64,000 nucleotides of DNA from Candidatus Fervidifonticultor secundus (GCA_031459385.1 JAVKIP010000007.1:64001-128000); one strand, 5' to 3'; counted from the stretch's first letter, positions 27,292 through 38,025 are shown. Numbers and translations are program-made. Notes: generated from the letters alone by a model not told the origin.

Positions 27292-28806
27292 ATGCTGGCA
27301 GTCGTCGCGAGCGCCACGCTCGCTGGCCTGGACGCCGTGCCCGTGTCCGTGGAGGTCGATGTCGGGCCGGGGCTGCCGACGTTCGCCATCGTGGGCCTGC
27401 CGGACGCCGCCGTGCAGGAAGCGCGGGAGCGCGTGCGCACGGCGATCAGGAACTCCGGGTACGAGATGCCGCCGCGGCGGATCGTGGTGAACCTGGCGCC
27501 CGCGGACCGCCGGAAAGAGGGGCCAGGGCTCGACCTGCCGATTGCGCTGGGGGTGTTGATCGCCACCGGCCAGCTGCGCGCCGACGCCGTGCGGGGCTAC
27601 CTGGCACTGGGTGAGCTGGCGCTGGACGGCGCGCTCCGTCCGGTCCCCGGCGTGCTCTCGGCGGCCGAGACCGCGCGGCGCATCGGCGCCCGTGGCCTGC
27701 TGGTGCCCGCAGCCAGCGCCGGCGAAGCCGCCATCGTCGAGGAGGTGCGCGTCTATGCGCTCGCCAGCCTGCGTGCAGCCGTCGACCACCTCAGCGGCGT
27801 GCGCGCCGCGTCGCCGGCGGTCGTGCCGGTGCCGGCGCAGACGCCCCACCCGCCACCGCTGGACCTGGCCGACGTGCGCGGGCAGCCGGCCGCGTGCCGG
27901 GCGCTGGAGGTCGCGGCGGCGGGCGCGCTCAACCTGCTGCTGGTCGGGCCGCCCGGGGTCGGCAAGACGATGCTGGCCCGGCGGCTGCCCTCCATCCTGC
28001 CACCGCTGCGCCGCGACGAGGCCGTCGACGTAACCCGGGTCTACAGCGTGGCCGGCCGCCTGCCGCCGGGGACGGGCCTGCTGTGGGAGCGCCCGTTCCG
28101 TGCGCCGCATCACAGCGCCAGCGCGTCGTCCCTGGCCGGCGGCGGCACCATCCCCCGGCCGGGCGAGATCTCCCTGGCCCACCACGGCGTGCTCTTCCTC
28201 GACGAGTTGCCCGAGTTCAGGCACGACGCGCTGGAGGTGCTGCGCCAGCCGCTGGAGGACGGCGTGGTCACGGTAGCGCGCGTCCACGGCGTGGTGCGTT
28301 TCCCCGCGCGGTTTGTGCTGGTCGCCGCGATGAACCCCTGCCCCTGCGGGTTCCGCGGCGATCCGCAGCGCCCGTGCGCGTGCACGCCGGCGCAGGTCCA
28401 GCGGTACCTCGCCCGGCTGTCCGGTCCGCTGCTCGACCGCATCGACCTGCACGTCGAGGTGCCCCGGCCGCCCACCGAGGCGGTCCTGACCGGGCCGCCG
28501 GGCGAGCGCTCCGCGGCGGTGCGCGCGCGGGTGACCGCGGCGCGCGAGCGCGCCAGGGCGCGCGCAGCGCGTGCGGTCGGAGGCGACGGCGCCGGTGCGG
28601 AGAGCGGACCGATCGCTCCCGAGGCGCTGGCGTTCGTACACCGGTGTGCCGACCGTCTGCTGCTGGGCGCGCGGGCGACGCGCCGCCTGCTGCGCGTCGC
28701 CCGCGCGATCGCCGACCTCGAGGGCGCGGAGGCTGTGCACGTGGAGCACGCGGCCGAGGCCGCGCGCTACCGGCTGCTCGACCGGCACGCGCCGGCAGCC
28801 GTGTGA
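27292..28806 (+). CDS. comM: YifB/ComM Mg-chelatase-like AAA+ ATPase
   Basis: VGLPDAAVQEARERVR, VNLAPAD, GPPGVGKTM, RPFRAPHHSAS, LFLDELPEF, MNPCPCG, LDRID. Confidence 0.95.
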   Translation: MLAVVASATLAGLDAVPVSVEVDVGPGLPTFAIVGLPDAAVQEARERVRTAIRNSGYEMPPRRIVVNLAPADRRKEGPGLDLPIALGVLIATGQLRADAVRGYLALGELALDGALRPVPGVLSAAETARRIGARGLLVPAASAGEAAIVEEVRVYALASLRAAVDHLSGVRAASPAVVPVPAQTPHPPPLDLADVRGQPAACRALEVAAAGALNLLLVGPPGVGKTMLARRLPSILPPLRRDEAVDVTRVYSVAGRLPPGTGLLWERPFRAPHHSASASSLAGGGTIPRPGEISLAHHGVLFLDELPEFRHDALEVLRQPLEDGVVTVARVHGVVRFPARFVLVAAMNPCPCGFRGDPQRPCACTPAQVQRYLARLSGPLLDRIDLHVEVPRPPTEAVLTGPPGERSAAVRARVTAARERARARAARAVGGDGAGAESGPIAPEALAFVHRCADRLLLGARATRRLLRVARAIADLEGAEAVHVEHAAEAARYRLLDRHAPAAV

Positions 28807-28821
28807 GCGGAGGGACCGACG

Positions 28822-29973
28822 ATGGCCTCCGCGTGGCCGCCGCCGTACCACCGGCCGCTGGAGGGCGAAGCGCTCGAGGCCGAGGTCGAGGCGTACGTCG
28901 GGCTGAGCCTGCTCCCCGGGATAGGGCCGCGCACGATCAAACAGTGGGTCGAGCAGGTAGGGCGGGCCCGTGCGGTGTGGGACCGCCTGCCGCAGATGGT
29001 CCGAACCCGGGCCGGCCGCGATGACCTCATCATCGCCTGGCGCGCGGCACACCCCGGCCGGGTGGTGGCCCGGGCACGGCGGTGCAGACAGCAGGTCGTG
29101 GTGCCAGGACACCCGGCGTATCCGGAGCGCCTGTGGCAACTCGCCGACCCGCCGCCCGTGCTGTTCGTGCGCGGCGCCCTCGATGCGCGGCCGGCCGTGG
29201 CCGTGGTGGGGGCGCGGCGGGCGTCGCCGTACGGGCTCCAGGCGGCCGCACGCCTGGCCCGCGACCTGGCGGCAGCCGGCGTCGCCGTGGTGAGCGGGCT
29301 GGCACGCGGCATCGACGGCGCCGCGCACCGCGGGGCGCTCGACGGCGGAGGGCGCACGGTGGCGGTCCTGGGGTCGGCCGTGGACGTAATCTACCCGCCC
29401 GAGCACGTGCCGCTGGCCGAGGCGATCGCAGCGCGCGGCGCGCTCGTCTCCGAGTTCCCGCCGGGCACCCCGCCCCAGCCCGGCCACTTCCCCCGGCGCA
29501 ACCGGCTGATCAGCGGGCTCTGTCTGGCGGTCGTGATCGTCGAGGGCGCGGAGGACAGCGGGGCGCTGGTGACCGTGGACTACGCGCTGGCCCAAGGACG
29601 CGACGTCTTCGCCGTGCCGGGGAGCATCTTCAGTCCGGTCAGCCGGGCGCCGCTGGCGCTGCTCCGCGACGGTGCGAAGATGGCGACCTCTGCAGACGAC
29701 ATCCTGCAGGAGTTGCAGGTGCCGGCAGTGCCACCTGTCGATGCTGCGCCTGGCGGTGCGGCCGGATCCTCCGATGGCGGTCGCCCGACCGACCGGCTGC
29801 TGGCGGCCCTGGCGGGAGGACCGGCCACACTGGACGCCCTGGTGGCGTCGACGGGCCTCACGGCGGCGGAGGTCGCGGCGGCGATCACGCTGCTGGAGGT
29901 GCAGGGCAGGGTCGTGCTGCATCCTGGCCAGCTGGTGGCCGCGCGGGCGATGCCGGATCGCCGGGAGCCTTGA
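28822..29973 (+). CDS. dprA: DNA processing protein DprA
   Basis: DPPPVLFVRG, VVGARRASPYG, VSGLARGID, FPRRNRLISG, SGALVT; C-terminal winged helix. Confidence 0.97.
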   Translation: MASAWPPPYHRPLEGEALEAEVEAYVGLSLLPGIGPRTIKQWVEQVGRARAVWDRLPQMVRTRAGRDDLIIAWRAAHPGRVVARARRCRQQVVVPGHPAYPERLWQLADPPPVLFVRGALDARPAVAVVGARRASPYGLQAAARLARDLAAAGVAVVSGLARGIDGAAHRGALDGGGRTVAVLGSAVDVIYPPEHVPLAEAIAARGALVSEFPPGTPPQPGHFPRRNRLISGLCLAVVIVEGAEDSGALVTVDYALAQGRDVFAVPGSIFSPVSRAPLALLRDGAKMATSADDILQELQVPAVPPVDAAPGGAAGSSDGGRPTDRLLAALAGGPATLDALVASTGLTAAEVAAAITLLEVQGRVVLHPGQLVAARAMPDRREP

Positions 29974-30145
29974 CAGCCCGTGCTACCGTATAGGATGAAC
30001 TTTGCGCCCCCTGGCCCCCCGACGGGCGTGGTGGCGCTTCCGGGCGCTCGATGTCTGGGGACGATGGGGGCCGGGTACTGGGGTACTGACGATGCAGGTG
30101 CCTCACGGTGCGGGCCGGCGGCCTGCGTGACGCTGAGGGAGGTGG

Positions 30146-32287
30146 GTGGTGGCGGCGCAAAAGGCGCTGGTCGTCGTCGAGTCACCGACGAAGGCTCGCA
30201 CCCTGTCCAAGCTGCTGAAGCGGCCCTACGAGGTCAAGGCGTCGATGGGCCACGTGAAGGACTTGCCCCGAAGCCAGTTGGGCGTGAACGTGGAGGAGAA
30301 CTTCACCCCCAAGTACATCGTCATCAAGGGCAAGGGCCCCATCATCAAAGACTTGAAGGACGCCGCCAAGAAGGCGTCCGCGGTCTACATGGCCACCGAT
30401 CCTGACCGGGAGGGCGAGGCGATCTCCTGGCACCTGGCCGAACTCCTGGGCCAGGTCAACCCCGAGATCCGGCGCATCGAGTTCCACGAGATCACCAAGG
30501 AAGCGGTCCAGCGGGCGCTCAGGCACCCGCGGGCCATCGACCAGAACCTGGTGAACGCGCAGCAGGCGCGCCGGGTGCTGGACCGCCTGGTGGGCTACAA
30601 GCTGAGCCCGCTGCTGTGGCGCAAGCTCCGCGGCGGCCTGTCCGCCGGCCGCGTGCAGTCGGTGGCGCTGCGCCTGGTGGTCGACCGCGAGCGCGAGATC
30701 GAGGCGTTCACCCCGCAGGAGTACTGGTCCGTCACCGGCACGTTTCGGACTGCGGGCGGCGAGGAGTTCGAGGCGCGGCTTTTCGCCCGGGAGGGCGCGC
30801 GCTACGGGTCGCCCGCAGACGAGGGCGCGACGGTCATCCGCACCGAGGCCGAGGCGCAGGCCCTGGTGGCGGCGTTGCGCGGCGTACAGTACGCGGTCAG
30901 CGAGGTCCGGCAGCGCGATCAGCTGCGCCACCCCGCCCCGCCGTTCACCACCAGTACGATGCAGCAGGAGGCCAACCGGCGCTTGGGCTACTCCGCCGCG
31001 CGGACGATGGCGGTCGCCCAGCAGCTCTACGAGGGCCTCGACGTGGGCGACGAGGGCACGGTGGGGCTGATCACGTACATGCGCACCGACTCGGTCAGGG
31101 TGGCCGCCGCGGCGCAGGCCGAGGCCCGCGACTTCGTCGCCAACGCCTTCGGCGACGCCTACCTGCCGGAGCGGCCGCGCCAGTACCGATCGCGGCGCGA
31201 CGCGCAGGGGGCCCACGAGGCGATCCGGCCCACGAGCATCGCCCGCACGCCCGAGCGCGTCAAACCCTTCCTCCGGTCGGACCAGTACCGCCTCTACCGG
31301 CTGATCTGGGAGCGCTTCCTCGCCAGCCAGATGGCCGCGGCGGTGCTCGACACGCTGTCGGTGGACGTCACCGGGGGCCCGTTCCTGTTCCGCGCCACGG
31401 GCAGCCGCGTGAAGTTCCCCGGCTACCTGATTCTCTACCGCGAGGCCGCCGACAACGGCGCCCCCGAGCAGGAGAGCTGGCTGCCGCCGCTCGCGGCGGG
31501 TGAGCCGCTGGCGCTGGCGGCCGTGACGCCCGCCCAGCACTTCACGCAGCCGCCGCCCCGCTATACGGAGGCGGCGCTGGTGCGCGCCCTGGAGGAGAAG
31601 GGCATCGGCCGGCCGAGCACCTATGCGCCGACGATCGAGACGATCAAGAAGCGCGGCTACGTCACCAGCCGCGACCGCCGCCTGGTGCCCACGGACCTGG
31701 GGCGCATGGTCACCGACCTGCTGGTCGAACACTTCCCGGAAGTCGTGGACGTCGACTTCACGGCCAGCATGGAGGAGGATCTGGACCGCGTGGAAGAAGG
31801 GCGGGCGGACTGGCGGCAGATCGTGCGCGACTTCTACGAGCCGTTCGCGCAGACGCTGCAGCGCGCCGAGGCGAAGATCCCCGTGACGGAGCTTCCCGAA
31901 GTCGCGATCGGAGAGCCCTGCCCCCAGTGCGGGCGACCGCTCGTGCGCAAGCACGGCCGGTTCGGCGAGTTCATCGCCTGCTCGGGCTTCCCCGCGTGCC
32001 GCTACACGCGCCCGGTGGGCCTCGGTGTCGCCTGCCCGCAGTGCGGGAGCGAGCTGGTGGCGCGGCGGACCCGGCGCGGGCGGCCCTTTTATGGATGCAG
32101 CGCGTATCCCGCCTGCGCCTTCACGTCGTGGGACCGCCCCAGCCCTCGCCGCTGTCCGGTCTGCGGCGGCCTGATGGTCGTCAAGACCATGCGGCGCGGC
32201 GACGAGCTGCGTTGCACGAACGACGCCTGCGGCCACCGCGAGCCGGCGGCTGAGCCCGCGCCGGTGCCGGTGCCGGTCTCCTCCTAG
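30146..32287 (+). CDS. topA: DNA topoisomerase I
   Basis: VVESPTKA, ATDPDREGEAI, SAGRVQS, LITYMRTDS, GIGRPSTYA; C-terminal Zn ribbons. Confidence 0.98.
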   Translation: MVAAQKALVVVESPTKARTLSKLLKRPYEVKASMGHVKDLPRSQLGVNVEENFTPKYIVIKGKGPIIKDLKDAAKKASAVYMATDPDREGEAISWHLAELLGQVNPEIRRIEFHEITKEAVQRALRHPRAIDQNLVNAQQARRVLDRLVGYKLSPLLWRKLRGGLSAGRVQSVALRLVVDREREIEAFTPQEYWSVTGTFRTAGGEEFEARLFAREGARYGSPADEGATVIRTEAEAQALVAALRGVQYAVSEVRQRDQLRHPAPPFTTSTMQQEANRRLGYSAARTMAVAQQLYEGLDVGDEGTVGLITYMRTDSVRVAAAAQAEARDFVANAFGDAYLPERPRQYRSRRDAQGAHEAIRPTSIARTPERVKPFLRSDQYRLYRLIWERFLASQMAAAVLDTLSVDVTGGPFLFRATGSRVKFPGYLILYREAADNGAPEQESWLPPLAAGEPLALAAVTPAQHFTQPPPRYTEAALVRALEEKGIGRPSTYAPTIETIKKRGYVTSRDRRLVPTDLGRMVTDLLVEHFPEVVDVDFTASMEEDLDRVEEGRADWRQIVRDFYEPFAQTLQRAEAKIPVTELPEVAIGEPCPQCGRPLVRKHGRFGEFIACSGFPACRYTRPVGLGVACPQCGSELVARRTRRGRPFYGCSAYPACAFTSWDRPSPRRCPVCGGLMVVKTMRRGDELRCTNDACGHREPAAEPAPVPVPVSS

Positions 32288-32288
32288 C

Positions 32289-33215
32289 GTGGGCCGCCAG
32301 GCGCGCGGGCCCGGCGCGCCGCCCCCCCTGGCGCCGGCGCTCGCCCGCGACATCGAGGCGTTCCTCCAGATGCTGGAAGCAGAGCGCGCGGCCTCGCCGC
32401 ACACCCTGGCGGCGTACCGGCGGGACCTGGAGGGCTTCGCGCGCTTTCTCGCCGGGGAGGGCATCGGCGGCTGGGACGGCGTAACCGTGGCCGTGGCCCG
32501 GCGGTACCTGGCTGCCCGCCACCACACCCACGCCCGGGCGTCGGTGGCCCGCGCCCTGTCGGCGCTGCGCACGTTCTTCCGGTTCCTGCGCCGGGAGGGC
32601 CGCGTGGCGGCGAGCCCCTTGCGGCTCCTGGCCTCCCCGCGCCTGCCCCGCCGCCTGCCCCGGGCGATCCCGCCCGATGCCGTGGCGGCGCTGCTGGGCG
32701 CGCCGCCACTGGACCGTCCGGCCGGCCTGCGCGACCGCGCGATCCTCGAACTCCTCTACGCCGGGGGGGTGCGGGTGGGCGAGCTGGTGGGGCTCAGCCT
32801 GGCGCACCTGGCGGGCGACGAGATCCGCGTGCGCGGCAAGGGGAACCGGGAGCGCGTGGTGCTCATCGGGGAGCAGGCCGCCCGGGCGCTGGCGCGCTAC
32901 CTGCGCGACGGCCGGCCGCGGCTGGTGCGGCGGCCCACGGATCGCATCTTCGTCAGCGCGCGCGGCACGCCGCTGTCGGCGCGCGCCGTGCAGCTCATCG
33001 TGGGCCGCTGGGTCCGCGCGGCTGCCGTGCAGCAGCGGGTGACGCCGCACGTGCTGCGTCACACGTTCGCCACGCACCTGCTCGATGGCGGCGCGGACCT
33101 GCGGGTCGTGCAGGACCTCCTGGGCCACGCGAGCCTGACGACCACACAGGTCTACACCCATGTCTCCCGCGAGCGCCTGAAGCGGATCTACGCGCAGGCC
33201 CACCCCCGGGCCTGA
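32289..33215 (+). CDS. xerC: XerC/CodV-type tyrosine recombinase
   Basis: RDRAILELLY..GVRVGEL, GKGNRER, PHVLRHTFATHLL.GGADLR.VQ.LLGH.SL.TTQVYTH; follows topA. Confidence 0.88.
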   Translation: MGRQARGPGAPPPLAPALARDIEAFLQMLEAERAASPHTLAAYRRDLEGFARFLAGEGIGGWDGVTVAVARRYLAARHHTHARASVARALSALRTFFRFLRREGRVAASPLRLLASPRLPRRLPRAIPPDAVAALLGAPPLDRPAGLRDRAILELLYAGGVRVGELVGLSLAHLAGDEIRVRGKGNRERVVLIGEQAARALARYLRDGRPRLVRRPTDRIFVSARGTPLSARAVQLIVGRWVRAAAVQQRVTPHVLRHTFATHLLDGGADLRVVQDLLGHASLTTTQVYTHVSRERLKRIYAQAHPRA

Positions 33216-33274
33216 CGCCCGCGCCGCGGGGGCCCGCGGCCGGGCGCCCAGGGTTTCCCTGGCGCGAGGGACCG

Positions 33275-33283
33275 TGGTATACT
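33275..33283 (+). promoter_or_regulatory. Extended -10 promoter of rpsB-tsf
   Basis: TGGTATACT. Confidence 0.6.
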
Positions 33284-33390
33284 ACCGCGGGATTTGTCGC
33301 AGGAACGCGGCATAGCGGCCCTCGCTCCCCGCAAAGTCGTGCGCGATTTTGCGGGGTTTGCATGCCGGGCGGCCTGCGCGATCCGGAGTT

Positions 33391-33471
33391 CGCACGCGCC
33401 CTGACCCGCCGAGCGTGCCCTGCGGGGCCTCGGCCCGGATGCGCGGGAATGAGGAGGCGCGGAGGCTGAAC
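33391..33471 (+). ncRNA. rpsB (S2) autoregulatory leader, t44-like
   Basis: CACGCGCC..CCCG...CGGG AATGA GGAGGCGC GGAGG stem pattern resembling Firmicutes rpsB leaders; directly 5' of rpsB. Confidence 0.6.
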
Positions 33472-33515
33472 ACGTGCGACGACCGGCGGGCCCGGCGTCG
33501 AGAGGAGGCCCAGTG

Positions 33516-34328
33516 GTGCCAGTAGTCACGATGAAGCAGCTCCTGGAGGCGGGGGTCCACTTCGGGCACCAGACCCGGCGGTGGAATCCCAAGATGGCGC
33601 GCTATATCTTCACGGAGCGCAACGGCATTCACATCATCGATCTCCAGAAGAGCGTGCCCCTGCTGGAGGAGGCCTACCGCTACGTGCGCGAGGCAGTGGC
33701 CGGCGGCGGCGACATCCTCTTCGTCGGCACCAAGAAGCAGGCCCAGGACGCCATTCAAGAGGAAGCCACCCGCGCCCAGCAGCCCTACGTGAACCAGCGG
33801 TGGCTGGGCGGGATGCTCACCAACTTCCAGACGATCCGCCGGCGGGTCGAGCGCCTGAAGGAGATCGAGGACATGCGCACCCGCGGCACGCTGGAGGTGC
33901 TGCCCAAGCGCGAGCAGGCGCGCCTGCTGGACGAGGCGGCCCGCCTGGAGAAGTACCTGGGCGGGATCAAGCACATGACGCGGCTGCCGGCCGCCGTCTA
34001 CATCGTGGACACGCGCAAGGAGCACATTGCCGTGGCCGAGGCCCGCAAGCTCGGCATCCCGGTCATCGCGATCCTGGACACCAACTGCGATCCCGACGAG
34101 GTGGACTACGCCATCCCCGGCAACGACGACGCGATCCGCGCCGTGCGGCTCATCACCAACCGGATGGCCAACGCGTGCCTGGAGGGACTGGAGGAGCGGC
34201 GCAAGCGCGAGGTGGTGGAGGAGGCGCCGGCCGAGGCAGCCGACGCCGAGGAGGCGGAGGAGGCGTTGACGTTGCCGGACGTGCGCGAGCACGAATTTGG
34301 CCAGACCACGGTGGAGACGCGAGGCTGA
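33516..34328 (+). CDS. rpsB: 30S ribosomal protein S2
   Basis: [47 protein letters not shown]. Confidence 0.98.
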   Translation: MPVVTMKQLLEAGVHFGHQTRRWNPKMARYIFTERNGIHIIDLQKSVPLLEEAYRYVREAVAGGGDILFVGTKKQAQDAIQEEATRAQQPYVNQRWLGGMLTNFQTIRRRVERLKEIEDMRTRGTLEVLPKREQARLLDEAARLEKYLGGIKHMTRLPAAVYIVDTRKEHIAVAEARKLGIPVIAILDTNCDPDEVDYAIPGNDDAIRAVRLITNRMANACLEGLEERRKREVVEEAPAEAADAEEAEEALTLPDVREHEFGQTTVETRG

Positions 34329-34331
34329 GCG

Positions 34332-34904
34332 ATGGCGGTGACCACGGAACTCGTGAAGGAACTGCGGGCGCGCACCGGCGCGGGCGTCATGGACTGCCGC
34401 CGGGCCCTCGAGGAGACCGGCGGCGACCTCGAACGCGCTGCGGAGCTGCTGCGCGCCAGGGGGATGGCCGCAGCGGCCAGGCGCGCGGGCCGCGAGACCT
34501 CCGAAGGCCTGGTGGAGGCCTACATCCACACGGGCGGCCGCCTCGGCGCCCTGGTGGAGCTAAACTGCGAGACCGACTTCGTGGCCCGGACCGAGGAGTT
34601 CCGGACGCTGGCCCGCGAGCTGGCCATGCAGGTGGCGGCCGCGAGGCCGACCTGGGTCTCGGTCGACGAGATCCCGGCCGAGGTGCTGGCCGCCCGGCGG
34701 GCGGCGCTCGCCGGTGAGGCGGACGGCGGCGCACCGCACGTCGAGGCGCGCCTGGCACAGTGGATCGCCGAGGTGGCGCTCCTGGAGCAGCCCTACATCC
34801 GTGACCCCGGGCGGCGGGTGCGCGACCTGATCGCCGACGTGACCGCGCGCGTGGGCGAGCACGTCCGCGTGCGGCGGTTCGCACGGTTCCAGCTGGGCGA
34901 GTAG
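34332..34904 (+). CDS. tsf: Elongation factor Ts (short form)
   Basis: [36 protein letters not shown]. Confidence 0.97.
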   Translation: MAVTTELVKELRARTGAGVMDCRRALEETGGDLERAAELLRARGMAAAARRAGRETSEGLVEAYIHTGGRLGALVELNCETDFVARTEEFRTLARELAMQVAAARPTWVSVDEIPAEVLAARRAALAGEADGGAPHVEARLAQWIAEVALLEQPYIRDPGRRVRDLIADVTARVGEHVRVRRFARFQLGE

Positions 34905-34948
34905 CCGGGCGCGCGCCGGCCCGGTCCAGGACCACCAGGAGGGGCCCG

Positions 34949-35692
34949 ATGGATGCCGCGGCAGGGCGGCCAATCTACACGCGGATCCTGTTGAAGCTCA
35001 GCGGCGAGGCGCTCGCCGGCGAGGGTGGCGTGGGCCTCGACCCGGCGGTCCTGCAGCTGGTGTCCAGCGAGGTGCGGGACGTGCAGGCCCGCGGCGTGCA
35101 GGTGGCGATCGTGGTGGGCGGCGGCAACATCGTGCGCGGCGCCGACCTCAGCCGGCGGCTGGGCATCGACGAGGTCACCGCCCACACCATGGGCATGCTG
35201 GCCACGGTCATCAACGGTCTGGCCCTCATGGATGCCATGGAACGCCTGGGCCTGGTGGTCCGCGTGCTGTCGGCGATCGAGATGCACCAGGTAGCCGAAC
35301 CGTACATCCGGCGCCGCGCGATCCGGCACCTCGAGAAGGGCCGCGTCGTGATCTTCGTGGGCGGCACGGGCAGCCCGTACTTCACTACCGATACCGCGGC
35401 CGCGCTGCGCGCCATCGAGATCCAGGCCGGCGCGCTGCTGATGGCCAAGCGGGGCGTCTCGGGGGTCTACGACAAGGACCCGCGCCAGCATCCCGACGCC
35501 GTCATGTACACCCATCTCGACTACATGGACATCCTCAACCGGGACCTGCGCGTCATGGACGCCACCGCTGCCGCGCTGTGCAGGGACAACAACATGGACA
35601 TCGTGGTCTTCGACGTCACCCGGCCCGGCAACATCACCCGGGCCGTGCTCGGGGAGGCGATCGGCACCCTGGTGGGAGGCGGCCGCCGGTGA
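34949..35692 (+). CDS. pyrH: Uridylate kinase
   Basis: [44 protein letters not shown]. Confidence 0.98.
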   Translation: MDAAAGRPIYTRILLKLSGEALAGEGGVGLDPAVLQLVSSEVRDVQARGVQVAIVVGGGNIVRGADLSRRLGIDEVTAHTMGMLATVINGLALMDAMERLGLVVRVLSAIEMHQVAEPYIRRRAIRHLEKGRVVIFVGGTGSPYFTTDTAAALRAIEIQAGALLMAKRGVSGVYDKDPRQHPDAVMYTHLDYMDILNRDLRVMDATAAALCRDNNMDIVVFDVTRPGNITRAVLGEAIGTLVGGGRR

Positions 35693-35703
35693 ACCCCGGT
35701 GAT

Positions 35704-36261
35704 ATGACCGACGAGGTCCTGGCCGATGCCCGGGGGAGGATGCAGAAGGCGATCGAGGCCACCCGCCGCGAGTTCGCGGCCCTGCGCACCGGGCGGGCGA
35801 GCCCGGCGCTGCTGGAGCACGTCCGCGTCGACTACTACCAGACGCCCACCCCCATCACCCAGCTGGCGACCGTCTCGGTACCCGAGCCGCGGCTGCTGGT
35901 CATCCAGCCCTGGGACAAGAGCATGGTGAAGGAGATCGAGCGCGCCATCCTCAAGAGCGACCTGGGCCTGACGCCGAGCAGCGACGGCGTGGTGATCCGC
36001 CTGCCGATCCCGCCGCTGACCGAAGACCGTCGGCGCGAGCTGGTCAGGGTCGCGCGCCGGCACGCCGAGGAGGGACGCGTCGCCATTCGCAACATCCGGC
36101 GCGAAGCCAAGGAGATGCTGGAGGAGCTGGAGGAGGCGGGTGACATCTCGGAGGACGCGTCGCGCCGCGGCCTGGAGCGGCTGCAGCAGCTCACCGACGA
36201 GATGATCGCGCAGTTGGACCGGCTGCTGGCGGCCAAAGAGAAGGAGATCATGGAGGTCTAG
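35704..36261 (+). CDS. frr: Ribosome recycling factor
   Basis: [39 protein letters not shown]. Confidence 0.98.
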   Translation: MTDEVLADARGRMQKAIEATRREFAALRTGRASPALLEHVRVDYYQTPTPITQLATVSVPEPRLLVIQPWDKSMVKEIERAILKSDLGLTPSSDGVVIRLPIPPLTEDRRRELVRVARRHAEEGRVAIRNIRREAKEMLEELEEAGDISEDASRRGLERLQQLTDEMIAQLDRLLAAKEKEIMEV

Positions 36262-36267
36262 GCCGGG

Positions 36268-36477
36268 ATGCTCGACCTGCTGGGGCGCCCGCTGGCGGAG
36301 GTCCGGGCGCTGCTGGACGCGGAAGGCTACGCGGTGGAGGTGCGCGAGACCCGGCCGCCGCGGCCGGGCGTGCAGCTGGTCGGGGCCTTGCGCGTCGTGC
36401 GCCAGGCCTTCGCCGGCGGCACCGCGCGGCTGGTCGTCGTGCACGAGCGCTACGTGCCGCCCGCCCGACGCGCGTGA
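36268..36477 (+). CDS. Small hypothetical protein with a PASTA-like pattern
   Basis: MLDLLGRPLAEVRALLDAEG...RVVRQ; fills the frr-uppS gap; GTGA-coupled to uppS. Confidence 0.6.
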   Translation: MLDLLGRPLAEVRALLDAEGYAVEVRETRPPRPGVQLVGALRVVRQAFAGGTARLVVVHERYVPPARRA

Positions 36478-37223
36478 GTCACCTGCGCCCCGCTCCTGCG
36501 CCGGCGGCGATCGACCGCACCCGCGTACCCGCCCACGTGGCCATCATCATGGACGGCAACGGCCGGTGGGCCGGCGAGCGGGGGCTGCCCCGGGCTGAGG
36601 GACACCGCGCCGGCCGCGAGGCGATCCGTCGTACGGTCGAGGCTTGCCGCGAGCTGGGCGTGCAGGTCCTGACGCTCTACGCGTTTTCCACCGAGAACTG
36701 GCAGCGGCCGCCCGAGGAGGTCGAGGCGCTGATGCGCCTGCTCCACCAGGCGCTCCTGGAGGAGGCCGAAGAGCTGCACCGCCAGGGGATCCGCCTGCGG
36801 TTCGCCGGCGATCTGGACGGCCTGGCGCCGGCCATTCGCGAGGAGATCGCGCGGGTCGAGGCCCTCACCCGTGGGAACCAGGCGATGGTGCTGAACATCG
36901 CGCTGAACTACGGCGGCCGAGCCGAGCTGGTCCGGGCCGTGCGGCAGCTCGCCGCCGATGTACGCGCCGGTCGCCGGCGCCTCGAAGAGATCGACGAAGC
37001 CGCGGTGGCCGGGGCGCTCTATACGGCGGGCCTCCCCGATCCCGACCTGCTGATCCGGACCGGTTGCGAGCAGCGCCTGTCCAACTTCCTGCTGTGGCAG
37101 GCGGCGTACGCCGAACTCTACTTCGCCGACGTGTTCTGGCCCGACTTCGACCGCGCACACCTCCTGGCGGCTCTCGTCGAGTACCAGCACCGGCAGCGCC
37201 GCTTCGGCGGGATCCGTGACTAG
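36474..37223 (+). CDS. uppS: Undecaprenyl diphosphate synthase
   Basis: HVAIIMDGNGRWA, YAFSTENWQRP, ALNYGGR, DLLIRT..EQRLSNFLLWQ. Confidence 0.98.
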   Translation: MSHLRPAPAPAAIDRTRVPAHVAIIMDGNGRWAGERGLPRAEGHRAGREAIRRTVEACRELGVQVLTLYAFSTENWQRPPEEVEALMRLLHQALLEEAEELHRQGIRLRFAGDLDGLAPAIREEIARVEALTRGNQAMVLNIALNYGGRAELVRAVRQLAADVRAGRRRLEEIDEAAVAGALYTAGLPDPDLLIRTGCEQRLSNFLLWQAAYAELYFADVFWPDFDRAHLLAALVEYQHRQRRFGGIRD

Positions 37224-38025
37224 CGCGCGGGCGTGGCCCGACCGCGCGCTGGGCGCCCGCGTCGCGACCATCGTCGTCGGCGGGCCCGTCTTCCTGGCTG
37301 CGGTCTGGGCCGGCGGTCTCGCGCTGCTGGCGGTGGTGCTGGCACTGGTGGCCGTAGCGCTGGTGGAGTACCGGCGGCTGGCGCAGACCGCCGGGCTGCG
37401 ACCTGCCGGCGTCGTGCTGGGCGGCGGCGTGGGCTTTCCGCTCCTGGCGGCGTGGGGACTGTGGCCGCACGCCGGTGCGCTGGTGGCGGCGCTCGTGGCG
37501 GCGGCCGCGGGGACGGGGCTGTGGCCCGAACGGCGGGCGGGGGCTCTGGCACACGCCGGGGCCGCCGTGCTCGGCGCGGTGTACGTGGGCCTGCTGTTCG
37601 CGCACCTGGTGCTCGCGCGTGCGGCGTTCGGGCCCGGCCCGCTGCTCGCGCTGCTGGGCGTCGTGTGGGCCAGCGACATCGCGGCGTACCTGGTGGGCGT
37701 GCGGTGGGGCCGGCGCAGGCTGCTGCCGGCGGTGAGCCCGGGCAAGAGCGTGGAAGGCGTCGCCGCTGGCCTCGCTGCGGGGGCGGCCGTGGCGGCCGCG
37801 GCCGGCGGGGTCATCGGGTGGCCTGCCGCGCAGAGCGCGCTGGGGGGAGTGCTGGTCGCGGCGATCGGCGTCGTCGGCGACCTGTGGGAGTCGGCGCTGA
37901 AGCGCGCCGCCGGCGCCAAGGACTCGGGGGCCTGGCTGCCCGGACACGGCGGCATCCTGGACCGGTTCGACGCGGTGCTCTTTGGCGTGCCCGCCGGGTA
38001 CTACCTGATGGGATGGCTCCGATGA
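37216..38025 (+). CDS. cdsA: Phosphatidate cytidylyltransferase
   Basis: WASDIAAYLVG, SPGKSVEG, GDLWESALKR...KDSG..LPGHGGILDRFD. Confidence 0.96.
   Translation: MTSARAWPDRALGARVATIVVGGPVFLAAVWAGGLALLAVVLALVAVALVEYRRLAQTAGLRPAGVVLGGGVGFPLLAAWGLWPHAGALVAALVAAAAGTGLWPERRAGALAHAGAAVLGAVYVGLLFAHLVLARAAFGPGPLLALLGVVWASDIAAYLVGVRWGRRRLLPAVSPGKSVEGVAAGLAAGAAVAAAAGGVIGWPAAQSALGGVLVAAIGVVGDLWESALKRAAGAKDSGAWLPGHGGILDRFDAVLFGVPAGYYLMGWLR

Noticed and set aside
32289..33215. Phage or island integrase
   Set aside because: It has XerC/D-type motifs in the usual post-topA position, with no att repeats, tRNA or cargo genes
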